A stretch of 64,000 nt of DNA from NCBI GenBank assembly GCA_020891255.1, contig BQFW01000002.1:2976001-3040000 (forward strand), given 5' to 3'. Positions 48,065 to 58,681 of this stretch are shown in pieces. Below the pieces are notes generated by a model. That model was not told the origin of the DNA and ran no database searches. It saw only the letters and a list, made by a program, of their open reading frames with translations. The DNA is from Entomortierella parvispora E1425 (taxonomy: Eukaryota; Fungi; Mortierellomycota). Made by a program: the position numbers and the translations under genes. Numbering within the stretch: the stretch's first letter is position 1; the number at the start of each line of letters is the position of its first letter.

Positions 48065-51000
48065 TTAGCTTTCTGTGTGGTCCAACGATGGACCTGCCCC
48101 TCGAGGACTCCTCAGCCCAACGGGCTTCTTGGGGACCGCTGGAGGCACACTTGGTGACCGACTCAAGACACTCAGTCTCTTCACATCTAACGGGCGAGGC
48201 GTGGTGCTCTCGGTGGTTGTTTGAGGAGGCGTATTCTTTCCATCTGAAGATCTTGAATTGAACGAGCCATGATCACTTTGACGATCCTGCTCTGTTGTCT
48301 GCTCTGGGAGAGACTCATGAGAAGCCTTAGACATTCCTCCAATCGCCCTTGGTGCTGGTCTCGGGGAAGGGCGCGGGGGTGTTCTTTGATTAGGGAACGG
48401 ATTAAAGACCTGACTGGTTCTGTTATTGAGTCTCAAAGGAGCCACAGGCGTTGCCGATAAATGCATCGAATCTGTGCTGTTGTTAAATGTCGATGCAGGC
48501 GGTGATGTGGGTTCGATCATAGAAATTGGTCGAGGAGAGGGTCGTGGAGAGGGCCTTGGAGCAGCGCGCACCACCCTGCTGGATCTCTGCAGGACCTCTT
48601 CCTCTTCTTCCTCCTCCTCTTCATGAAGCTCTTCATCGTCCATAACGCGTCTCTGCTGTCGGCCAGTCGATGATTCCTCAGATGAGTGGCTGGATGGGCG
48701 CTGGGAGAGTTCTGGCTCGGAGGGCTTTTGCTGAGTACAGTCTTCCGAATCAGCCGGTACACTCTCAACAGACACAAGATCGTTGTTTTGACTCTGTACC
48801 TGATTTTCAGAATCTTTCAAATCCATGGCTTTCAAATCGTTGGTAACTTCCTCCTGTGATGATTCTTCTACCAGGATTGCCTGTGGTGCACGTCTGAATG
48901 GTGGTGGTTTAGGAGGGTTGGCTCTAATTTGAGGGAGGACTTGAGCTGAGGATGCTTCATTCTCAACCGGAGCCGTGCCTGCTGAGGGGCTACCCAAATC
49001 GTACTCTTCGCCGTAGGGTGAGTTGGAATAGACGACAGTGTTTTGTGCAGGAGGGACACGCGGGTCCACATAACCACCTTGCTGCTGTCCGGGCGCAAGT
49101 GCTAGAGCATGCTGGTGCTCGTGCCCTGGAGAGGAGGTTTGGTGCTGCTGTTGGTGGTAGTGTGTTTGCTGATGCATAGGTTGTTGTTGCTGCTGTCCTG
49201 GCGGAGGCGGGTATACTGATTGTTGCTGGTTCGGGGGTTGTACATATCCTTGATTCTGAAGGGGTTGAGGACTCCAGGGCCCTGTTTGGTTATACTGGCC
49301 ATAAGGGGCGAAATTGTGCATGTCACCTTGCTGATAATTCGGGTCCTGTGCACCACTGTAAGGTGTCATGTTGTACGTCTGCGCCGATGTCTGATATTCT
49401 CCGTGGTATCCTTGATACCCTTGTTGCAGATGCTGTGGTGGTGGATAACCGGCAAATTGGACGTAAGGCGAAGGGGCTACATGCTGGTTGTGATAAGAGT
49501 GATATTCCTCCTGGTTGGGTTCTCCACCAAGTCCTGTAGGATGGGAGTATGGCGGATAGACACCTTGCAGCTCCATGTTTTGAACCGTGAGATCATGCAC
49601 TCTGCGACTTTCGTAGAGTCCCCTTTCCATTTCTTCGTTTTGCTTCTTGAGTAGCTCCAGTTTTTCTCGATTCTTTCTCTCCTCCAGATCGTGCTCAGTG
49701 ATAATTTGAGGAGGATAAAGACTTGGGACTTCGGGCATAGCCTGGGGTAGCTCCTGGGCTTGGTGATGGTTGGCATTAAAGCCATAGGGTACAGGCATAC
49801 GGGTCGGTATTTGAGCTGTTGTAGCGGATGTTGGTGGATACGGTGAAGCATGGCTGGGGTAAGGGAGCGGTCTTTCGGGAGGGTACGGCCCTTCTCCTGG
49901 AACAGGGATACGGAATCCGTATTGGGCTGGCATCCCCGTCACCATGCCCGCTCCCTGTTTCTGCTCTGGAGTAGTACCTGGCTTTGGTGCACTGGTGTCT
50001 GGTGCGTTGGAAAACGGCCTCTGGCGGCGAATGAGCGGTGTCGACGGTACCTCTTCCTCATCCCATTCGGGGTCGGCTCTCGAGTGATTCGAAGGTGGGT
50101 AGGCGCCTGGTATCGAGTTGCTGCTGTTACTGTGTTGATGTGCGAATGTCGGATTGAGGCGTCCAGGATGGTTATAGTCAGTCAAGACCGTTTCTTCTTC
50201 CGTGAAGGTCATACCCAGTGCAGCAGGAGCCTCAGCATGCTTGGGAAACTGCGGGACATATGTTGGAAGACTGTTGGGAACCGCCACTAGTAAAAGTAGA
50301 CAAGCGCCGGTTAATTCTGAGTATCGTCATGCATAACATTTATCCATGGCTCAAACGCGTCTTCGTCATCGCATTTACCAGATGAAGACTTTTGTCGACC
50401 AGCCACTGTGTGGCCTGCAGAGGCAGAGGGACGAGCGCGCTTTGCAGCTTCCTCCTCTATCTTCAAACGCATCTCCTCTTGCTTGCGCAGTATTTCCTCG
50501 AGCTCCTGTCGCTTTCGCTCTTCCTCCTCCTCGTGCTCGCGCTCGCGTTTCTCCCTCTCCTCCCTTTGCCTGTTCAGAATTTCCCGTTGCTTTTGGGCCT
50601 CAAGGTCCTTTTGGCGTTGTTCCTTGGCTCGTCTGGCCTCCAGCTCCTGCCTTTGCTCTTCCTCTATCTGGCGCTGCATCGCTAGCACCGAGGCCGGGAC
50701 GACACCTCGCTGCTGGAGTGTGATCTGACATTCCTGGAAGGCGTTCCTGTTATCATCGAGTCGCTTCCGGGCATTCTGCAGCTCTGCGCGGGCCACCTGC
50801 TTGATGTTCTCGATCAGTTGCTCTGGTGGAAGAGTGGAGCCCACAATGAGGTTGGCGTGTGAGATCACATCCTGGATAATACTCTCAAACAGCTCCACGT
50901 CGATTTCCGTCAGACTCTGGCCCGACCCTGTGCTGGGATTGGCTTCCTTGAAGCTTGACAGGACCGGCTGCCAGGCTTTGAGTGCATCCCGTTTCAGGTC

Positions 51001-51609
51001 CTCGAGTCGGTTCATCGTATAGTCGCCTGGGTTGAAGGAATAGAACCACGCTAGCATCATGGTAGAAAAGTCGGTATGACTCTCGAACGTGTCAAGCTCC
51101 TCCCGAAGTTCTCGGACCCGATGCTCAGCGGTGGCAATTTCGATGGACATGGACTCCATCTGCTCCTTCAGGACCACTGTCGGGATTTCATCCTCAGTCA
51201 CCGATGTCTGAGTCTGAGAAGATGGGCCGGTCATTCTTTGAAGACTAGGGTTGGGCTGTTGCTGTCTTTGGGGAAGAGGCACTGGGGCGGTATTGTTGGC
51301 AGGTGGATGTGGCCTTGGCTGGATATGAGGGAAAGGCTGAAGTTGCTGCTGCTGTTGCTGCTGCTGCTGTGTGGGAGGTCTTGGTTGCGCTGGGCCAGGA
51401 GGAAGGGGCGGACGATGCTGTGTTACTGGCACATAGGTCGTGGTCTGCGGTCGAGGAGGCGGTTGGATGGGAATGTTGGAATGCTTTCCTCGAACAGGGT
51501 CCTGTTTGTTGACTGATGTGCTCGAGTTGTTGTTACTGTTCCTGTCAGCAGAGGAGGTGGAAGAAGAGCCATCCGCTTGACCAGATGGGGACGAGGGCGA
51601 GTTTCCCAT
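48065..51609 (-). CDS. Large two-exon low-complexity protein: MG-start, helical/coiled-coil core, P/Q-rich tail; function unknown
   Basis: ATG 51609 gives MGNSPSS. Exon ends at 50379 (G|GTAAAT), 92-nt intron 50378-50287 ends in ...ACTAG, and the join is in frame to VAVPNSLPTY. This fuses two ORFs of the track. Confidence 0.75.
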
Positions 51610-53280
51610 GCAGGGAGTGAATTTAAGGCGTCTGGCTGTTAGTAGCAAACAGCAGACAGAACAAGGAGAGGAGGTAAAATAGAGAAAGAGAGGGGATGTC
51701 GTGAGTGGGGAAGAAAGACGAGAGAGTAGGGAACAAGTGGACGGATGCGGGCAAAGAATGAAGCTATGAAGTGATGAAGGCAATGAATGGACTGTGAGCA
51801 AAGAACGAACAAATGAACGAGGCAGTGAGAAACAGACTCAGCAGGCGAAAACTCAGGGCAAAAAAGCCCTCTGTATTCTTCTTTCGCTTCTTTTCGCTGT
51901 CTCTGCCCTGTGCCTTCTTTCTACTCTCTTTCTCTCTGGATGCCTCAAGCTTGACTCAGACAGTGCGCTTGGACAGCAATCGCAATGATGCCTGCCTAGT
52001 GTCGTTCTCGCTAAAAAACAATGGCCGATCCGCCTTCCATTTTCAAGATGTCCGACGCGTCCCTCGTCCCTCAGCCTCAGCCTCAGCCTTGGCCGTAGCC
52101 ATAGCCACTCGTCCCCTTCTATTTCCACTCTCGCTCTTCCCCATTCTCCATCCTTTGGTATCACTGTGCCAAGAATCCACCACCATCTTTTGTCCGTCCT
52201 TATCTTCTAGAACTTTTGATCTAGCCTTCTCTGCTGGAAGATCCTAGCCATGCGGGCTGTTGCACACTCGCTTTTTCTTCTTTGTCGACATGGTGGCCTT
52301 TTGCCAGGTCGGGTCCGATTGGGCTGTTGTCTCCCGAATCGATGGTAGTTCCTTTTTTTTTTTTTTTTTTTTTGGCCCTGGTTGCGCGTTTTAAAAATAT
52401 TGGCGAATAGTCGCAGATGAAAGCAAAACCGACCACCCGACCTGGTGCCTGGGCCACACCTTTACAGGTCTCACTCTTGCAGTACTGCCCCTGAGTACAA
52501 AACTTCAACGTCCAGCTTTATTTCTTCATTTCAACATGAGGGCAACTGTCATGAGAAACTAGAACTAAAATAACAGAAAAAGGTCGCGCAACAAGGAAGA
52601 ACAAGAAAGAAAAGGAAAAAAACGAAAGAAAAGAACAGAAGAAAAAGGGAAAAGAAAAAAGCAACGCAATAATGTACACACAACAATACAAAGGTAGAGG
52701 CGGCAAAAGCAGAAGTAAAAGCAAAAGTCGATATGGCAGTTTTGGGCGAAGGTTCTGGTTATTGTGGATAAAAGCCCTCTAAGCGACCGATCAGGTGGGG
52801 AAACGTGTTCCATGGTGAGCGTGGAACTGGCTGTACGATCTACTTTGGTCGGTATGTTTCGTGGTGTGAGGGCCATGGTATGGTAGTTTGGGTTGGGTGC
52901 CAGAGACATGCCTTGACTGAATCTATGTACAAGCGTGCGTGCGAAGAATGAAATGAAAAAAAAAATGATAGAGCAAGAATATAGAACAAGTGGAGATTTG
53001 AACATTTGAACGTTTCTAAGGGTACAACAGCTTTGAAGGCATTGCAAAGCGAAAAGAAAGTACAAAAGGTCAACTGAAGAACAGTGAAGAATTGAAAAAG
53101 AAAAAAAGGGTATTCATTGATCGAGCGAACGAAGGAAGGACAAAATGAAAGAAGAAAAGACAAAGGGTCATTGCATGACACATGAAGTTTGAAGAAAGAA
53201 GCTGCTCATGAATGACCAAGAAGAAACGTCAAGGGGAGGATGTGCCATTATTGTATGAATGACGTCCAATCTCTTTTCTT

Positions 53281-56200
53281 TCAGAATTGGTCAAAGTCTC
53301 TTCGAGGTCGGTTGACAGGACGCATGACCTCTCCTGCAGATCGCGGGCGCTCGATTGCCCTTCGCTTCCCGCGATTGTGCTCTGTCTCAATGTCATCTCC
53401 ATCGTCTTCGTCATCGTCATAAACAGGTTCAGAATACTCGCGCCAGCTTGTGGAACTGTGGCGTCGAGGATCTTGACCAGCTCCAGAGGAAGAGCCTCCT
53501 CCTCCACCACCAATTCCAGGAGGGTACGAACTGGCACTGGAAGATTGTCCAAAGGGCGTCGACTGCCGAACTGGCCTCGTGCGAGGCGAGAATGCCCTCA
53601 CACTTGATTGCTGTTGCTGTTGTTGATGTTGATGATTCTGCTGCGCCAGAAGGTACTGCTGCTGATTGTGCTGCTGACGCTCAAACTGGTCATTAAACTG
53701 CCGCTGGAGCGAATCCGACATCCTGTCTATAACGCCTGTCATAGCATCCGCCATGTTAAGGCCCAGGTCTCGAACAGACTCCTTCTGCGTACTTTCTGCT
53801 TGGTTCACAGACTGGCCCACTTCTTGGACCTGCTCAGACAACTTTGTAAATGCAAGCTGGAGCGACGAGTACATTTCTTGCCGAAAATGTGCCATGTCGT
53901 TTTGCGACTTTTGCTGGAGATTCATGAGCTCGGACAAAATGTTGGTCTGCGCAGTGTTGATGGCTGAGAGCACGACTGGGGTCCGTGTGAAGTCCTCTTC
54001 CTCCAACTCTGCAGCAGCAGCGATTGCGCGAGCTTTGCCTTTTCGATCACGAAAGTTGTTTTCGGCCACCTGTCGAACAGGATTGCGTCCTGGATGCACT
54101 CGCTGTATAAGACCATCCGGTCGAGCCCGAGGATGATACGGGTGGTGTCGTCCCTGGACTCTTGCATTCTCGTTATTAGGGAAGGTATGATCATCCTGTA
54201 GCGTAGCTTGGTATTCGTCGTCTCCATTAAAGGAGAGTGACTTTTGAAGGGTCCTTCCTAAATCGTCCAAGCCCTTTGTATGTCCAAAGCCCGGTCGAAC
54301 GAACGGCCGAACAGGTTCTCGCTGACGCATATCATTGTCCTCGGCCTCAAGTCCGTCCATACTTCTACGAGATGGATTGCGATGGCGGCCATTTTCAAGA
54401 TGATTTGGCGAAAACCTAGACTGTCCAGAAACACTTGGAGTGCGTCGCCTTGTGTCCATGGGCTCTCCTCCGCGCACGGATCCCGTCTGAGATGTCTGCT
54501 GCTGTGGAAAGATGTTGGTCGGTGCCTGTCCTCTCGGTGAAGGCGCAGTCGTGAGTGGCGAAGGAAATCCAGAGACATTGGCAGAGCTTGCAATAAAACT
54601 ATGGTCTTGGTTGTCCAAAGCGGTGACCATGCCTCCTAAGAACCGCTTGTCTGTGGAATAGGAACCTCGTGCCAAGATTTCAGCCGCCCTGGTTTGATAC
54701 GTAGGTGGTCGTGGATTCGAGTTGGGTACAAACTGATCTCCGGCGTTGTCATCTTGTCCAGGACGGCTCCTGCTAAAGTTGGGGCGCTGAAGCTGAGAGG
54801 ATCCGGAATAGCGACGATGAGAAGATGACGATGATGGCGGTGGCATGACCTCGTTCCGAGATGCAGACTGGTACAGCGCGTTAAGTTCTTCATGGTGATC
54901 CAGAGGATGTTGCGGGAATTGCAACTGATGCAAAGTTGGCTGGATCTCAATTTCGTTTAAAAGCGACTCTCCGCTTTCATATGGATCCCCTCTTGACTCT
55001 TGTGAAGGAAAGGAGCCTCTATTTCTAGGGTTGGAGTAAATCTCCAAACTGGCCTCATCGTCGTCGTCTGTGTCCTCTCCAGTGCGCCATGTGCTGACTT
55101 GTTCCATGATCCCAGAGGTAAGGGAGCTTCCAGGCTGAGAAGAGATAAAGCTCAATGACGAGTTACTTGGCGTAGGTGTCATTGCACTGCTAGTCATGGT
55201 TGTGGCCGTCGTGTTCCTGGAGAGATGAAAGGGCTGTAGTCGTCTAGGATGTTGGGGCGATGGCGACGACACGCCGGTAATCTCGGGAAGAAAAGCCGAG
55301 AAGTCTTGAGGCTGGGACATGTTTAGAGTCCAGATACCTGAATCGACATTGTAGAGGAAGCAACTGCCTCTGCTCTCTCGACTCTCCGAGTTGTACGCAC
55401 AGAGGAGTCCTTGGACACGCTGGAAGGCGAGGACATGCAGGGAGAAAAGAAATTTTTGAAAAAAAAAAAAGTGAGTGATGTGCTGCGTAACAAGAACGTG
55501 CCAACCAGTACGAGAAGAGCGATTGTGGACCAGAGCGAACCATCGGCGGCCATGGTCGGTTCCCCCATCCACGTTGTGCAATAAATAAAACAAATAAACC
55601 CATGCGGAAGTCTATTAATCACGACAGGTTGGTCATCTGATGCTTGGGGGGAAGGGATGGCCCAAGGACGGAAATATCACAAGGTGATGGCCATAGGTCA
55701 GCATGTCTCCTCCCTCTACTCCCTCTCTTCTCATTGATGAGAACACTTCCTGTGTGTCCCCTCCCTCCCTTCATTCCCCCTCCGCGTTGTCGAGAATATA
55801 TCCCCAAAGACGTCATGCTCCACCATGCTTTCGAATGTGCGAACCCAACCCAAAAAAAAAAAAAAAAAAAAAAAAAAAGTGGTGGAGACTGGCGCGGCCG
55901 ATTTGAGATGATCTTTGCGAGAGAGGAAAGGCAGTAACAGGGAAACAGGGAAACGAACCCCGAAGCCGCAATCAGGCCCAGCCTGAAAGCACCGGTGGAA
56001 TGAAACAAGAGGAATATTTGTCAAAAAGAACGTGGGTCTCCTGATGATGTCTACGTTGCTCGTCCCAAGGGTAATATCGTTTGAAAAAAGGAGACTTCTT
56101 TTTTTTTTTTTTTTTTTTGGATTCTCGCAACCAACAAGACCCAACGCGGAGGTGTGACAAGGGCGGCGGCTGATAAAGACTGTGGCAATAACATTTACCT

Positions 56201-56348
56201 TGATAAACGAGCTTGTGCCAGAGTAGGGTGCCTGGAGTTCCACCAGTCTGAGCGCAATCTCTCGCGACGACATGCCACTGGGCTCATTCCTCAGGATGCC
56301 CTGAATGACCGACACTATTTCAGCCCACACCAGAGGAAGAGCACGGTT
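53281..56348 (-). CDS. Putative winged-helix (HARE-HTH-like) protein with disordered middle and coiled coil; true start uncertain
   Basis: Exon 56348-56199 (NRALPLVWAEIVSVIQGILRNEPSGMSSREIALRLVELQAPYSGTSSFIK) joins in phase 0 over intron 56198-55420 to RVQGLLCAYNSESRESRGSCFLYNVDSGIWTLN, then the long ORF ending at 53281. Confidence 0.6.
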
Positions 56349-58681
56349 CTGCCTTTTAGCACACCTCTCTTTGGTCTCTCATCTCAATCAAAATCTAGGT
56401 CATCAATGTTCTGCACTTGAAGCGCTCTAAGCACAACTTACAAAGACATGCCGTATTCTCGGCCGAAGCTGTATTGGACATGCGATGATAATATATGATA
56501 TTGGCTTCTTTCGACTGTTGATGGCGAGCGCAAGTAGGCGTGTGTGCCAAGTCGACTGTGCATATACTAAATAAGTATAAAAGTGGGAATGAAGCCTAAC
56601 GAGCTCTGACAGATAAAGTGGGAAAGGTCCTAAGTGCTGCGTGGGATTGATCGCGGAGGACTGTTGGATTTGAAGCTAGTAGGAGGTATGAGGATAAGGT
56701 GCGAGATGGGTTGTGAGCGAAGGCAAGGGTTGAACAAGATGAGAGAGAGACGAAAGAGGATCGACTTTCAGCACGCACTGTCCTAAAGAGTTGTTGGGAC
56801 GATGGCAAGAGTGAAGAGCCGCGTGCGTTGGCTCGGAGGATAGCCAGAGAGAGAAAGAGAGAGAGGGGGAGGGTTGAGAGCTGTGTGTGCAGTGCCTTCC
56901 ACCGGGGTTGTTTGTTGTTCCTTGCAGTCCAAGAGAGGGGATTGATGAGGGTATTTGAAATGGGTCCAGCGGGGGTGGTTGAAGGCGCACAGTCTGTTCA
57001 GTTGGGTTTTGTCCAGGAGAGCCAACGACGAAAGGCAAGGTCGGACAAGGGTGACGATGATCCTGGCAAAAAGAAAAGATAGAAAAAAGGGAGAGTGGTG
57101 TATGGGATGGTGGACAGGATGAGAAAAAAAAGGGTAAGGAGGGAAGGTGCGAAAGAGCAGTCCGCTGGTCTGACAGGACTTATGTTGATGGTGTGGGCAG
57201 ACCGACTTGTTGGATGCAGCTCTGTGCGTAGTGGAAGCGGAGACTGTGCGCAGACCGCAAGCAAACGGAAAGGGCAAGAGAAAAGAAAAAAACAAAGGCT
57301 TGAGTCCACGCCAAGAATGTTGGACAGGCAGGAGGTGGGAACGGGGCAAGGAGACGAACAGGTAGGGACCACAGACAGGTAGGAGGCCCACCGCACAGGG
57401 TGATATGATGAGCACCCAATATCAACCACGAGAAAGAAAAAGCGGAGGCAGCGGGCGGAATTGTGGCAGGTCACGAGTGGAATTGAATAAGGGGGCAAAG
57501 AGGAATCCACTCTGGTGAAGAGGAAGGACACAGGGTAAATTTGCGTTGCTTTTGCGCGGTGCCAATGGAGAGGACAAGGAAAGACTCACTGTCTTTAACG
57601 TGGCAGATGACTTGATGACAGAGACAGGTTGACAGGGACAATACTCCGCGGCCGAGAGGAAGGACGGGAAATATTGAAGCTGGCAGCGGTGGAAGCGACA
57701 AGAAGAGGAAGAGCTTTCAGGTGGCGGTGGCGGTGGCGGCGGCGATGTGGGTGGCAGAAACAAAAGAGAAAAAGAAAGAAAAGAAGCGGAAGTGATGACA
57801 GATTGGCGACGTTTTTATCGGTGAATTCAAAAATGGTGGCGATTTTGGCCTTGACCATGGTTCGAGGTTTGTAAAAGACCCCTGGGGCGGGCGCGAGGAA
57901 ATACACTTTATTATCCGTTCGCTCGATGCAGCACAACAGACTGGCGTTGTTTGTGCGCAGATGGCTGGAGGACAGACAGTCGCCCCGTCCTTTTGCTTTT
58001 TCTACTCGCTCATCCTTAGGAGAAGGGCAATGCGAAGCAGAAAAGAGAAGGGAAAGGGGGAGTGGGTCAGTGCAGACAAAGTGGCACAGCGAATAACGCA
58101 ACATAGATTCCTTCTGGGTCACGGAAGAAGCAGCAGTCGCGGCAATGAAGGGCAAACGCGCCAGCCTGCCTGGCCACACAGGAGCGTGACAGGCAGGACC
58201 AGCGTCGAGGATGTGCCTGGCCCTGTTGTGTCCCGTTGTGTCCCTGCAGGACAACACAATAAAGCAAATGAGGTGCTACAGTTGTCTGCCCCTTTCCCCT
58301 GGGTCTAAAATAGGTTGAGCGGTTGGCTCCGTGTCACCGGGGGGTTGATGCCAAATGGCAATTGACAAAGAAACTTTAGCACCGAATGAACGATAAATGC
58401 ACTTCCCACACACCAGAGATATCACACAGAACAGACGCTGGCCAACCAGACTGGACCTTCTCTTCTCTTGTCATCACCTTTCTTTCTCCATCCCGCCATC
58501 TCCATCCCCATCCCCATCTTTCTCTCTGTCCATCTCCACCTCAGCCTCATCCTCTGATCGACGCTTGTCTTGGTTCGCGTGCCTGTCTGTCCCTCTGCCT
58601 GTCTGTTTGGCTGTCCTTCCGTCCGTCTATTTGCCTGCAAGCCCAGCCTTGCTTTAACTTGAGCACGACCGCTCTGCAAGG

